64,000 bases of DNA from Lingula anatina (lineage: Eukaryota > Animalia > Brachiopoda): assembly GCA_051362555.1 (NCBI GenBank), contig CM120644.1, positions 9,308,954 to 9,372,953 on the forward strand, read 5' to 3'. Positions 37,101 through 52,865 of this stretch are shown one piece after another (the first letter of the stretch is position 1; each line of letters opens with the position of its first letter). The translations under genes were made by a program, and so were the position numbers. The notes under the pieces are model-generated. The model saw only the letters and a program-made list of their open reading frames with translations. It searched no databases and was not told where the DNA came from.

Positions 37101-40100
37101 GCGTCGATAAGATAATGAATAATTATTAAGCTATAAGTGAAAATAGATAAAGATTTGTCGAGCTCTTCCTGCATTCCTGAAAATCAATTTGTCTTTGCCC
37201 AAGAACATTGCCCTCTGGTATTATCGCGTTTTGATATGACCCCTTACGTCAATACGAGGCAGCCCGACGTTTCACACCGCGTCGTCAGTAAGATCAATAC
37301 GCACAGATAATGGACGTAAGGCTTTAAGGCGCGTTTCTGTGTTTTCTTGATGCACAAGCTATTATCGTAACAGTGTCTAACAATGGGCAAACAATGCAGA
37401 AAGATTCTGTGGCTTGTATTCTTTCTGCAATCTAGTACATTTAAAGTGGCTGATGGATCTATTTCTATACCTTTTAACTAAGTGTTTGAAAAAACCTGTC
37501 ATTTCATCATAAATCACCGCATAGATCTTGTGTTTAAGAAATAAATGTTTGATTTAATTAAATGCATCTACAAAGATCTACTGTTTGGAACAATGTCCGA
37601 GCTTTCGGCTTGCTGCCTTCTTCAGGGAGTGTGAATGCCGCCTAACCCAAACTCTCCCATCACAAGCCCACTTTCTTTAAGTTAAACCATTAAAACACCA
37701 GTGTTATGTGATTCACTCCAACACATTGTGTTTGCTTATTTAAATAACAAAATTAATAATATCTGAAGGTGTATTTACGCAGAAGCTAGATCTATCATGA
37801 GATCAGATCTTGATCTGTTCTCCAGTACGCACTGCTATATCTTTCAATTGTTCGTTTACCAAGATGTGAGCTTGAAATCAATCCCATCAAATATTAATAG
37901 CCGTAATGAGTTATGGCTCAGAACGACGGTTTAGATGGTCCCGGGGGTACTATGGCCCTTGGTTTGGAAACATAGTTATCTCCATAGCTTGGCAGCATCT
38001 GGGTTATGTGGATATGACCCGACTTATGCCATTATCAGTGAACGTGCATAGTTTGTGTAGTTTGCAATATAGCGCATTGATTTATATTTATTTCTTTCAG
38101 ATTATTATACAATGGTTATTCCCATAACATAGAAAAAAATAAAACATTTATCTTAATAGTCTGAGTGCTACAGCGTGGGTAGATGACTGCGTGAGTAGAT
38201 AGAACTCAGCTATATTTTATAAAGCAAAACCTTCATAAATGTACACGGCAGTTACGTTATGACACAATACATGGATATTTTCTAAATAAAACACAGTACG
38301 CAATTTCCTTTGTTTATTTATTTATTTATTTATTTATTTATTTCATTAGTTGGGGGGGGGGGGGTATCAATACAAGCAGGATGCATTTCGTCAAACTGAA
38401 TAATACCCAGACATTGTTTTAAAATATATTAAAGTACCCTTTCTGCTTTTTAAATTTTTCACGAGTTTGTATGGTAAATTCGAGTGACACAATAAACGGC
38501 GAAATTTGAGACATCTTTGGTATTTTGGGATGGCATTTTATTTTTCAGAAGACCATACTAGAAGCAATTAGTCTTTGCACCCTGACTACTTTAAGCGGTT
38601 TTTGTGAACATGAACCGAAATCTGAATTACGTGCTCGTCTGTATTGTTGCAATTCGAAACTTACAGAAATTTAATTTGTAAGATACCAATGCTAAATTTA
38701 AAGACACGTGGTTCAGAAAAGGTGTACACACACCCTAATCTGAACTTTGAATGATTTAAAGAGAATATTGCCAGTTATTAGTATATATATTTTTTTTCAG
38801 TTCAAATCTGAAAAACTAGCAGTACTCATTAGGAGGATTTGTAAAGATCAATGGTACCATAGATCGTGGTTAGAAGGTAACCTATCATTACATTTTGAAT
38901 GTTTCTAGCTAAGCTTATGTGAAAAATGCCCATTCATGTTGCTATATTATACATTGTCTGCTTCTCTGGTCTTCGCAATGGCATTTTAATTGCCATAAAG
39001 CAAAAGTACAGTTTATCTCAATGTGTTTAAAAAGGCATATATCTCCTCTGCCCGGATGCAGCTGGGCTTTTGGATCATGCCCAGTAAGACCATAATCTAC
39101 CATATCTGTAGTTACAGTGCTTGTTCTCTGGTATTTTTGGAATATCAATATTCATTTTTTTGGAATACAATTCCAGAAATCCGCCGAGGCACTGAGACAG
39201 GGCTTAGAATGCCCCAGGGGTAACACAGAGCATGTTTAAGAATCATTTATATCTCCAATCTAAATACTGCTGGCTTATGTGCGATGTGGAAAGTAATACC
39301 AGCATATACGCACTTGGAATATATACGTGTCGTGGTTTCCAAAGGAATATTCCTTTTATTAAAATACAATGTCCTGCCCAGAATGTTGCTGGTTTATGTG
39401 AGATATGGAACAGGATCCAATAACCTGTTTTCATAAAGTTACCCTATACTGTTCATGGACAAGGAATATCCTTTTTTATTTACCTTTTTTGTCATTTCCA
39501 GGAATAGATTTGACAGACACCCTTAGAATATTACAAATGTGGATTTGGACACGTATACGCTTATATTAAAATTAATATCAATAAAAAATAATAAATATAG
39601 GCCTACTGGTCTATCTTATAGCATAATTTTCGAGAAAGAACCTTCACTTTTATTTTATGCATATCGACACAAATGCCTTAGCTTCGTTCATAGCTTAAAA
39701 TGTTATCCTTTCTTTTTGAACCCAGATTGGAAATTTCAAAAATGTAATATCGCCGGTATTTAAAAAACAAAATACGATTATAGATTAAATTACGTCCTTT
39801 TTTCAATGATGACGTTTTGAAAAAGTAACATACATTAAGTTACATCTATGCGTATTCTCTGGATAGAATAAATATCGATCATAATAACATAGTGAACAAT
39901 TTATTTATTCATTTTTTACTTCATGCCATAACTATTTCCATTAGGCTTTCCTTTGTGAAAACCAGATCCACCCAGCTGTACCTGGGTCATTTCATGGTAA
40001 TGTAATTTGTACCATATTTCTACTAGCCCACTTTGTCCAAATCATATTTCCTGCATTATGTTATTAGATCGTTATTCTCTTCTCTTCTCTCTAACCCACT

Positions 40101-43100
40101 GGTGGAGAAATTCAATTCTGCTACCAAACATTATCAGAACCCGATCTCTTGGATGTTGGGACTAATTCTCTTGCCGTAATAACTTTGGTCATAGAAACAT
40201 GATACGCAGAAATTACTCTTATCATCAATATCACTTTCAACCGGAAAAGTCAATTTCTTAAATGTTGACACAGCCCAATACGAAGCAGTCTCGATCAATC
40301 ATAATCTCGGTGTAATGGCGGAGAGGCCTCGGGCTAATCTCATTATCTCGTGCTAATCACGTGCCCTCAAGAGGAACGAGACATATGTTGCGGGATTACT
40401 GCTATCCTTCATTGTTGGAATCCTTCATTGTTTTTGTGTATTGATGTCAGAGCACTTGAAGCAGGTAATTACCAAGAGCAATGTTTCCTAGGTGCATGGA
40501 TGCTATTTTTTGGTTGCTTTGCATAAAATAAAGCGCAGTTGTTTAAATCGGCTTGGGAAGTGCCCAAATAAAGTTCTTTATAAAATTTGATAACGTTTTA
40601 CATACAGAAACGAGGCTGATGACAACTATCACTGATTGTAGAGATACCTCAACCTTTGTTCCATTGCCATTATTAAAAACGTGTTTTTTTTCACATAAGG
40701 AATTGAGACCGAAAATTGGTCCATTTTAACCGATTTTTAGAGTGCTTTGACCCAAGATAAATCAGTATAGTAATTCTATGAATAATCTAATGAAATATTT
40801 AATTCGTTTCAAAGAACAAAGATGTAGATAATATTCCAGATCAATGATCGCTTACCCTAACTATGGAATTATAACGTTATTTCTAAAGGGATCACCATTT
40901 CAGTGTTAAAGTTTGCGTGCGTAAGTTCCCTTGTGAAACTGGCTCAAGTTCCTTCGTGAATCGCGTGTTAAAAAAGCGAGTCCGCCCTGTATTACTAGTA
41001 CTTCCATATAGGTTAGGGGTAGCGTTCAACCTAGGACGGGTCTTAAAAGAACACATTAAGTCAATAAGAACCCACAGGGGATCCTTTCGTTACCTACACG
41101 GAAATATTGTTCAAACCCCTTACACGAAATACAGAAGCCTCCATGCCTACTGAAGGTCGTTCGGCAAATTGCTTTTGACTTGTATTCGACTTAAAGTAAA
41201 AAGAAAGAACAACTGAAATTAAAATGAAACATATATGAGATATATGAGAATTTTCACATTTTATTTTATCAACAATTATTTGAATCTGTTAACATTTCAA
41301 CTGCGACAGCAATTCGAACTTTAAATATATACAAGTACAAATAACTGGTCCCCCAAACTCTGCCTAATTCTTAAAATCTAATGCCATTCAAACTAATACA
41401 TTCAGAAATATACTTTTAATATTCGGTATAGTATTTAAAACGTAGCGGCATTTATGCAAATGTTATTGACAACGTCTTTAATATAAAGCGAATATTCTTA
41501 TTCATATTCGTAAGTGAATAGTAAAATGCAAGTTTCAAATGCAAAACTAAATATATACTAACTATGTAACATTAAACCTTAACTACATATACTAGTAAAA
41601 ACTCGAGGGCAAATCATTCATCCTCAATTACAGGTATCCTTCCCAAGTGTCTAGCGTTATATTGTCGGTTTCTATTCATTAAATACTGGTGACGAGCGTT
41701 TGCTGGCTGCAAGGCAATCACCAGCAGATGTCTGGAAGCCATGATGAACAAAGGCGTACACTGGAGGAGAGGATATCCCCCTTAGAACTGAGGAATTCTC
41801 AGAGTGACGGAAAGCACCTGCTGAGTAAGACTACAGCCATTGCCGTGTGTGGAACTCGGTGTGAACTTACAGAAACCAAGGATAAAATCAATCGATGCTG
41901 TAGTAGTTGAACATCGCTGTGTCTGAATATGATACCTTTTTATGAAAAATATCTAAAATTGGAACATAATACGTGTTTTATTGTTAACGTGACACATGAT
42001 AAATCTAATCCCATTGCATATTTTACATCTTACACACTGCGTCTGGCATATCAGGAAAAAATAGCTACATCGTGCGTCTACTGTAAATTATACCTCGTAA
42101 ATTATGTAACATCCACTTTAGGGAGTTTTTAAGAAAGATACATCAAATAAGGGAAATGCTTGTAACCTACAACATCTGATCACCTTGATATATGTTCTAT
42201 TTCAAAACATAACAATCTATGTCGCCAATGTAATAACACACTCTCTAAAAAGATAAAAATAAAGAAAAGTAAAATATTGAGTAGCTCGTAACGCTAACAT
42301 TGGGAACTAACATTAAAAATCTTTTGAAGTTGACCTACACATGGGTGGTGGTGGAAAATAATCTATCTTTAGGTAAACAAAAACATTTTCCTTGAATCTA
42401 AAACCTATAGAATGTCAAAGTGTTAAGCAGTAGCTAACTATTTCTCTTTGACACTGCTGCTTATAAAGGTCTCGCACCGACATCTCATTAATATTGGCAT
42501 GGCATTGGTATGAGCATTGAGATTCACCTCACGTCCCTTCTACACTGTTATTACAAATATCCTGACTACATAGTTTAATATTTTTTAAAACATTCATGCC
42601 TGATACAGGCACTACTGATAATAAGCTTAAGGCTTTTAGGATTCACCCCTTAAAAAAATTGTATTTCAAGCTCAGCACACACATGTTCAGCACCACAATC
42701 ATCGTCTGATGGCATCCAGAGAGTGGGTGTACATGCACATGTACCCCTGGGTCTTCCTCTAAGATTTAGGCTTAGAAATAATGAGCCTGTGAGTTAAATA
42801 AGACTTGAATACAATGAAAACTAATACTACTTCATGTTCATCTAGGAATGTCAAATAATGATCATATACAAAGCATCTATTAATTGATAACAAACAAAAC
42901 AATCCAATTAAACTGATCTTCTCAAGCAAATTTACACACAATAAATAAAAACTTAAATGCTGTCTTTAATAAAACATCAGCCATTATTCATGGTTCATTG
43001 CAGTAATCTATCAATGTAAGCATGCCGTGAGTGGTTGTTTCTAATCTCATAAATAAATAATAGTAGTCAATATATCTTTGAGACTAGAAATGTGAAAGTA

Positions 43101-43786
43101 TTTGACTATAATCTTAAGTTCAGTATTCTAAAAATATCTTGTAAGTCTGAGCATCAAGATGTTTGCAACCCCGTGTTTTGAAATCACTTTGAAATTCAAA
43201 TTCAATGCAAATAAATATAACACATGGTATGTACAGCATTCTCTTTTTTTCTGCTTTATAACTAATTACTCATTCATCCAAAAATTTTTCTTTCCCAACA
43301 AGTGCTTCACTGAACATTACTTTGCATGCAGCTGATGTCTGTACATGGACTGGTCTTTATTAATCAAACTATCAACCCCTTTTGGCAAGTAGGTTCAATC
43401 AATGTTAAGAAAATGAAAATATTTGGAAATGAATCTATCATTACACTGGCCCCTACGGCAGACTCTTGAAGAGGTCAATTTGTATGTTATAATATTGTGA
43501 TAGTTGTGACACGTGTCCATTGTGCTGGTTGTCAAATATCTTCTTGACAGAATCCAGAAAAAAAGTCTACTAAACTGAAAAAAAAAGTCATTTTAACCTT
43601 ACTAAGGCTCAAACAAACTTCACTCTCTCCAGGTTTTGGCAAAAGTTTGCCAAATAATAATATAACATAAAATATCACCTGATTAAAAAAAGTATAATAA
43701 CACATGACAAAGTTCACTTTTCTCTCCTCCTCTGACCTTCTGGTAACCTCTGACCCTTGAGTGACCTTTGCTGCCCCCTGGTGGCC

Positions 43787-46223
43787 TTATGTTTTAATGA
43801 CTGGACCATGCAGTGGAGCATGGTGCGTCTTTGATTTCCAGGGCGGGTAGACAACAAATAGTAAGACTTGTACACCAGCTATTGCACAGCCTAGAGTATT
43901 AGGAATCTGGAACAATAAGGGAATAATGTAGGTATCAATAAGATATCATGGAATCAAGTGTACCAGTGAGATCTCAGGTAAGTACTAATGGTGAACTCAA
44001 TAAGATCAGTGAGTAGATTTGTCCATTGTTCATCCAGATAAATAATATTCTTAATGAGTTATTGAAACAGATAAGTGACCTGACATATCTAAAACTTTAA
44101 AATTGATGGAAATGCTATTAAAGGTTATCACAAAAAATCTTAATATCATTATATTTGTGAATATTTCTGAAATACCAATTCATTAAACATTCTATAACAG
44201 AGAAGGAAATAATACCAGTAACTTTTTAAAATCATAATTTTATAAAAATATACTTTAAATCAACAACAAATGTATTCTGCATTAATGATATACTTACCAG
44301 TATGTTTTTATCTTTTAATAAATAACCATACAAAGCCCATTGTAAGGCCACTAGAAAGTTGACAGCTACAAGAGGAAAAGACATGGAGTCTGTGCTTTTA
44401 TTTTTTAACACAGTTCTCTGAAATAAAACACATTTTGATTAGATAAATACCCAGTACTTCTGTTAAAGCCTCAATATCATACTGATATCCATAAAAAGCT
44501 GTGAGGTAGAGAGGTCAGCATACAAATTTGTATGCTCACCTCCCTCTGCCTTTCTTTACAAAATGGTAGAAAAGATAAGCTGTATTCTGCAGAGGCTGTT
44601 TCATCTATTAAGTACTGTAATATCTCCCTAATGGCATCTTTTCTTAACAAGTAATACTTCAAAAACTAGGCCAGGGATGTCTTGGATGTTCCACCTTCTT
44701 TAACATATTACATCTACTGGTGTATAATTATCATAATAATCACTGTTAATAAAGACATTAGGCAATGCATTACATACGTATGTTTTTAAATCTTTACAAA
44801 AATACATAAATATCTATCTTAAATTTAACATTTAATATCAATATTAATCACAAAATTTTCCAATCTGCTAAATCTTTTTTATTTATATGAAAAGTTTGCA
44901 TGAAAATTCAAAATTAACAAATTTCTTCACAACAACAGGGGACCTGCACTAAAAGAGAAATGAAAAGAAACAGTATTAGTAGCAAACAATAACATGATAA
45001 TTATCTTTAAAACTAAAATTAAAAACTTCAACAATATGATATCAATTCATGAGAAAAGGGGAGGGGAGGGCAGTTATTAAAAAAAAAAAACAAACTAAGT
45101 TTGACAATGTAGGACAATGCTATGCACACAGAAGATCACACACATTATTTATATATTCTTTTACATGAACACCACCATCTAAACATCCACACCAATACAA
45201 AAGCACATCAACAAGAGAAACTGAAGAGGATTTCCACATATAAAGACAAAAACAAACATACAGCACCTCTCTCTCACTCTCTCTCCTCTCAAACGTGTCT
45301 ACTGCTGCACCTTCATATTCAACTCTACAAGAGCATACCCAAAAAGTAAAGGCCATTTCATACTGAAACACAAACAAATACAGAACAGCTCTCTCTCCCA
45401 ATGCACAAGGGTAAGTAAACTGAAAGGGTCACATCTAGCAGTATAAGATAAAATGAAATAATCAGTACATGAAGAGACATCCCAACACAGAACAACTCTC
45501 TCTCCCCTTGCATGTCTATACAAACAAACTAACACATAGGAAAAGGTCTTCAAACAAAGGGCACACAAACTCACCAAGGTGGCTAATGGGGATGCAAATG
45601 TTGCTATGGACAACCCGCTGCCAATTAAACCAACAACGTTGGCAGCCACTGCTGTTGTTGGCGCCACATAGTGGCAGTAAGCTAACATCGGCAGTATGAT
45701 TGCTAAGGCAGCTGCAAACTGCATGTATACCGTGCTCTGGAAATAATGGGGATAGAAATTGCAGTAGTTGTGACAATATTTTGTCACACCCAATGCAATA
45801 AAAATAGATTGCAACTATCACAGCAGTGTGGTTACAAGTTCTTGTCACTGATAAGAGAAATTCACACAGTTCTGCAACAAGACTAAAATGAAGAAAAAGA
45901 AATGGAAAAATGGAGTTAGTCATGAATATGAATAAGGGTTAATAAAAACAAAACAGAAACTGTGCTGTTAAATTCAAAGTAAGAATAATAGGTAAGGCCA
46001 AGCAATATGGAATAACATGAAGGGAAGACACAATTGTCAATATTTTCACCCTTTCTTCTTTTCCCTTACACTTTATTTTATTCTCCAAGAAAGAGGGGGT
46101 CATATAAGCATTTAGTAATCACTCAATTTTTCATAAATTTGGTTTAAAAGCTTGCCAAAAAGTTTTAGGAAAAAAAGCAAGATGCCATCTTGTCCAAACT
46201 CTCCTCCAATTTGTTTGGCCTCA

Positions 46224-46272
<49 letters not shown>

Positions 46273-48608
46273 ATCAGAACTAAAAACTCACCAAAGTAGC
46301 AAGTGGTGAGCAGTATGAACACAAAGAGAGCATACAGCCCACCAAGCCCACAACTTGTGTGGCTTTGGCTAAACTGGAGGCAAGGTATTTGGCATAGACT
46401 AGAGTGGGGACCACTACTGCAGCAGCAAAGGCAAATTGTTTGTAAATAAAGTGCTGGAATTAAAACCAACTTAATTATCGATTCCATTGGATGTTAGTGT
46501 TTTTGTGAAAAGGTGTGCTTCACAAGTGTGTGTGTGTGTGTGTGTGTGTGTGCACGCATGTGTGTGGTCTTTTCAACACAATGCCTTTCAAGTTATTGTT
46601 AAAAATTTAAACTGGTCTTCCAGCTGATAAAAGTTGAAGCCCTTACATGTGTTAATGATTCAAAAATGTTTTGAAAATTACCAGTACAAAGTTATCTTTT
46701 CTGTTCTTTCTAAAATGGTTTCCTGATAAAAAATGTAGAGGTCAAAATGGCTGACTCATTAGTCACAGTATTGATTTTAAGTGGAAAATCTAAAATAAAT
46801 CTATATTAAAATGTAACAAAATCACACAAATCTACAAAAGCAAAACTTTTTCACCCAAAGATTGGAATATCTACTAGTAAGTTGTTAAAATCAGAAAAAA
46901 AATTAATGTAAGTTCACACAACTAAATTCAATAGTACCTACTTTCTTAGATGCTCGGAATGTTGTTTTTTTTTCAATATTTGCATCCTTACACCAAAAAT
47001 TTAAATATTAGTTTGAAAAAGCAAAGTTTGTTAAAGAAGCAATTATATACAGGATTTGGCCAATATAAAATAAAAATGTGGAAATAACAAACACGAAAAA
47101 ATATAACAGAATACATGTAACCATAACATAATGTTCCCATGTGGGTTAAACTAAGTGACATAACTTGCAAACTAAGTGACCAACATATTTTATTTCAAAC
47201 AACATTAATCTTGGACTTGTATTTTTAACAGTTACTAGTAATGGACTATGAATCAATAACTGCCAAATAGCAATGAAGTGATCATTGGCATGAATCAAAT
47301 GTGCTTGGACACAAATATTGCCATTGTTTGTTGAGTCAAACATCTTTGTCTCAAACCTCCCAAGCCAACAAATTTTTTTCTCGAAAAATGCTTGTTACTT
47401 TCATAATCAGTTTTTTTTCACCTGAGCTTCAGCATTAATTTTCCAATTCTTGAGACAATTCCTCCTCATACACTCAATTTTTTTCAAAATTTCAAAATAC
47501 AGATAAAGATACCCCATTATCAAACTCACCTTCTGTAGACTATATATATAATATATAAATATGTAAACTGTTTGGAAGCAAAGTCCAACTATATTAACCA
47601 AGATTATTGTGGGGTCATGGATTAAGGTCCCATACTTCAGCCACACCACAGCTCTGAGAAAGAAAAATATAATAAAATATCATTATAAACAGTCAAATAT
47701 TTTCAATGTGAAAAGTAGTTTTTTTGTAAATGTAAAAAGTAGCATATCTTAAATTCTCAAAAGTGGCATATAAAATATATATTACTTATTGCTTAAAAGC
47801 TAAATTACAATCTAGGTCAGATCCACTCATTTTGACACTGCTGGCATCCTATAACGCCCTCTTGCATCAAGGGGTGCGGGTATATGCATGAGAGGTTCTG
47901 CCTAGTAATTACGTGACTGGAATTTTATGCATTCTGCATTTCCTCCACAGCTTTTCTACCAATTTATTAATAAAACTTACTCAACCAAAATGCTGATGCC
48001 CAGATATAAATACCCAGTGATTTGTAAAAACTGTGACTTTCATGTGACATTTCATGTATAAATATAGAGCGGTAAATAAGTTACAGGATCAGACATTTTT
48101 TTATACATTTCTCAATTCCATAAACTAAGGCTTTCCTACTTGTTTACTGTATAACATCCAACACACTGTTTCACTAAGGGCCATGACATGACCTTTTTAC
48201 AGAACAGTAAAACAGATATTATAACAAAAAATAATAATAATAAATAGAAACAGAAGAAAAAACAGCCCTTTCTCCAATGATCTTCAATTTGAACAGCTCA
48301 TACAAAATCCAGCAACTTTTTAATCGCTCTTAGCACATAAACAGAAAAATATCTTCCAGTTCTAAAGTCATACTTACCCCACAAAGAAAGAGAGGTAGGG
48401 GACCAGAGACACTTCATGTGTGTTACCTTGCTTTACTATCTTATGTGCAGAATGTCTGGAATGATAAGGAAACGGTATAATCAATTTGTCAATTTCTATC
48501 TGTTAGGGATAAATCTTCATAAATCTACAACTACTACTACTACTACTACTACAGTACTTAACTAATACTACTACTATACTACAGTAACTACTACTACTAC
48601 TTATAATG

Positions 48609-48645
<37 letters not shown>

Positions 48646-48718
48646 TAGAAATTATTGGTCTTAAAGAGTTCATCTTAAATCTTTAATTCCATTAAATATC
48701 TTCATTACCGTATGTGGG

Positions 48719-48750
<32 letters not shown>

Positions 48751-50687
48751 CAACTTCTATGTGAGTCAAGACTACCATTCAGTCTCAGACCCCATTACCA
48801 AATATACAATTGGGCTATGTAGATTGACCCAACTCTACGGTTTCTCGCTAAGTGCAATCAGCTTAACTGAATGACCCCCCTCTTGTTTCCAACATACCCC
48901 TATAATCACCACATTTTCTGTATAATTCAACTTATCACCAGGAGGAGGCATGCCATTCAGTTAAGCTGACTGCAGTTAGCGAGAGTCCCTGCAGAGTTGG
49001 GTCAATCCAGGTAGATCGACGGTGTTATATAAAGTTTATGGGACAGGGGCCTTATGTTGTGCCAGGGTCCCTGGTGATTATACTCACATTCCTGCTAGAA
49101 AGGCCACAAAGGTAAAGAGTGTGGCTGTCCACTGAACTACCACTTTCAGTGTCAAGGTTTCAAAATATAGCATGGCCCCCTAAAAAATATATAAAGTAAT
49201 AATTGAAATAACTTAAAAATGGTTCATTTAAAAAAGATACAAGTTACAAGTAGGTTATAGAATAGAACATGATACCGCATTACATAAAATATAAAACTGT
49301 TTTAACACACTCTAAACCAACCCAATGAACATAAATGTAGTTACTGGTACAGTATATGTTCAATTCAACCACCAGCTATACATATCAAAAATCACTTCAC
49401 CTGAATAAATCCTACTCTGAAAAAAAGATTAAGAAACCAAAACCAATACCTAACCCTTAACAGTTCTAGAATATGCAACCTCAAATATCTGCCATGATCT
49501 AGCTATAATTCAAAAACATACCGAGAAAATATGCCCTCCATTTTTGACAGGCATGCTGAATGTACTAGTAGCCACTGGTCAAATGCAATCAACCATGCAC
49601 AAACACACAACCATGCACACACACACACAAAAAGCCCACATACCGTAAGGAATCAATATTTTCAATGGGCAAATCTTATCAAACTTTAAGAGCCATAATT
49701 GTATTATTACAAAAACTATTTTTCTATATAGCATTTGTGGTGCTTTTACAGGATAGAATAGAACAACAGAGTAGCCTGCTTTTTAATTTTGTTGCTACCA
49801 CTTAAAGTAATGTTCTAATTTGAATAAATTTTATGAAATTATGACTTAAGATTTATTGAGTATCTGTAAAACTCACAATTCTCCCTCATTGAAAAGTCCG
49901 AGTGATTACCGTAAATCTATTACATACAATCAGTCTACTGACTGTACTATAAAGCCCAGTGTTTATGATATAAGGTCCATAGAAAAAGGTATGAACATTA
50001 GTCTGAGTGGGTGTACTCAGTTCAGCTACAGTAGCTTTAAGCTGCATTATGTAAGGATGGGAAAGTTACCAGTACATGGATTAGTAGTTGTGCCATGGGG
50101 CAGTTTATCATCAAGTTGACTGGGGTAGAGGATGGGGCAGGGCTTTAAATTAACCACCTTTGACATGAAATTTAAGATTACACCCCACTTAAACATCTTT
50201 TCATAAGCTTGCACTTTCAACAGACTCTTCACACACTGCACTCACCACTTGGAATAATGCAACACTATGTTAAGTCAAGAGGAAAGCAAAGACAATACCC
50301 TAGCCTTTCTTGACTGTTTAATCTCTTTGCACCTTAACCACCCATATGTATCACACAAAACAAAATACTTCACACTATATGCCTTGACCAACAGGTATAG
50401 TGTGAAGTGTATGGTTACGTTAATATGAAAAGGCATGGTGGGCATTCAATTTATATATGTAATTATATGCCAATATTGTTCCTGCCTCTGCTACTTCCAT
50501 AATACATGATAGTATACATAAGAGAACAAAATATGACATGATATGAATTCAATGTGCTGGATTGGTACTGGTGGATATTCATAACAAGTTGTGGGAAATC
50601 AAGGATAAGTCTTAGATAAAATGACACCATTACCAAAATTGTGCATTTATTTTAAAATATAAATGAAGTATCGAAAAGGGATTTGAG

Positions 50688-50728
<41 letters not shown>

Positions 50729-52865
50729 GGGGGGGGGGGCTTTGTAGGTCACAATGGCCCACAGAAGCCTGTGCAGAATTTCTGGTCACTTCTCTTTTGT
50801 CTGTTAAAATGGGATGCACTTTTTTCTTTTATCTGTTTTCATAACTGGAATATTGGCCAATGTCCTCTTAGCTGACACGTGCTCCATGTTCACACAGATA
50901 TAAGTGTGTAGTGGTTTTAAGAAAAATTCTGATTGCCATATTTCCTTACCACATGTAACCACAATAACCATATTAGTTTTGGGGTTAAAAAGTTATTAAA
51001 AATGTATTTCTCAAGTGAAGTATTCAACAGATGACATTCTTTAATGACTACTAGTAATTTAAAAAAATCTTTTTAAAAATGTTAATGTTTATAATTCCAA
51101 TAATGACGTTTTAACAAAGATATTGTAGTAAATTACTATAATGGAACTAATTTCACAAAATAAATGTTAATGCTGAGTTGAGGGTTTTCAGAAAGGGGTG
51201 GGAGATAGTACTAGGGGGAGGGATACTTTTGACCCTGGGGCAGGGAAGTTATATAACACCTGGATACATCACATCACATGACAATATATCAAAGACATTG
51301 ATGACTGAAATGGAATTCATCCCCAGATAACACATATCTTTGATAAACGCTTTCACCACACGAATGATACATTAAATTAACTTTTAAGGTTTCTTTCTTT
51401 TTCAAATACAACTGGAATCTATTTGCATCATTTAAAATAATTCAGACCAAAGTCTGTGAGATCAAGTGCACTTCACCTTGTTCTATATAAATCCTCTTAT
51501 ATCACATCAGTTCTTAAATCAACTCTACCATATGGTGTTTCCTATAATATTAACTCTAATATGTGTGCAATAGCCAATACTGTGCTAGGTTTACAAATAC
51601 CAGATAAAACTGCATCACAATTTTATGTTAACCTTTTGTGCATGTTGAGTAGATGCTGAAAAGATGACTGTAAAAGACGGCAATTTTTATGGACAAATAC
51701 TATACTAGTATGTTATAAATATTTTATATTAGATTCACCACTTGCCAGTAAAACTTACAATAGTAGAGAGTCCCAAACTAAATGGACGTCCCTTAGCTTT
51801 ATAAAGTGAAGAATTAACAAGACAATTTATTTTGAACATTTGTCCTGCTTTCTCAAACAATGATAAACAAAAGCATGCATGCAATTTTGATACAGGCAAT
51901 TACTTTTCTGAATATGTTGTTAGACAGCATTTTTCACTGAGGTTAAGATTTCACAATCAATTAATTAATGTCTACAGAATATTTTCTTTTCTACTTAAAT
52001 CTGAAACTCCTGAAACCAAGTTACAGGCAAGTGAGAAGAGGGGATACAACTTCTATATATTCATTACGTCTTGTGATAAACATTTTTTCAAGTAGGCCTA
52101 TTTACAACACATAAAACAATAAATATATAATATTATTATGTATTTGGCAGATTGTTCATAACAGGTGTAAAGTAGAGACCAAAACTAGGTACTTAAATCC
52201 AATAATTTGTACACCAGCATCTTATATTACATATTAATAATTATTAATATTAACAACAATGCAGACTTGACACATGTTTTACATTGTACATGTATGAGTG
52301 GTTGCTTATCATTATTTTAACAATATTTCTCAGACAGATATGTGAAATGTGTTATTGAGGATAATCAAAATCCACTACATACAGTGACAAGTTATAGTTA
52401 TAAGAAAACTGATGATAAAATAAAATATTAATAATTAAAGAACAAATTTAATGAATGTTTACATGAAATAATTATTCGTTAAATTGTATGATATAAATTA
52501 ATAATACGACATTAATGGGCGTTTAAAGGTCACAATATGTTTCGTGCCACAATTATGCGGTTAAAACATGTATTTTTAAAATCTGTTTAATCAGATTTTA
52601 TGATATCATGCCATGGGTACGTCTCGATATCTAACGTAGTGCTAGTACTGCAGCAGTGTACAAGTATGCTGTACGCAGTGCACAAAATTAGCTCTGGACA
52701 GTGACAGCGGTTCCAAAGTTATCCGGCGGTCAAGTTCTCAGTTTAATCCAGGTTACGATTTGTAAACGTTGAAGGGCATGATAAGTATTACATGAAAATA
52801 TGACTAAAATTTTACAATCCTATGAATGAATGAATAATTACAGCACAATATTGTAAAACTCACCA
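43787..52865 (-). CDS. SLC50A1: SWEET sugar transporter (MtN3/saliva), ~232 aa, 7 exons
   Basis: Exons 52865-52863 (ATG only), 49179-49088, 48455-48378, 47653-47530, 45736-45575, 44417-44298, 43906-43787. Motifs: VWLKYG..IILVNIVG, FASPLATL, KSTDSMSFPL, WALYG, IPNTLG. Confidence 0.92.
48528..48645. repeat. Compound (CTA)n/(ATA)n microsatellite
   Basis: Direct inspection. Confidence 0.9.
48787..49051. mobile_element. Palindromic (fold-back) MITE, related to the copy at 57329-57547
   Basis: Arms 48822-48873 and 48954-49007 are near-perfect inverted repeats (GATTGACCCAACTCT...CAGCTTAACTGAATG / CATTCAGTTAAGCTG...AGAGTTGGGTCAATC). Confidence 0.75.

Noticed and set aside
41689-41910. GC-richer segment with a 73-aa ORF
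   Set aside because: No convincing splice-compatible frame or domain on either strand; may be UTR or repeat.
34300-43700. Many 60-100 aa ORFs in the ORF track
   Set aside because: AT-rich random ORFs, often with non-ATG starts and no domain-like features.
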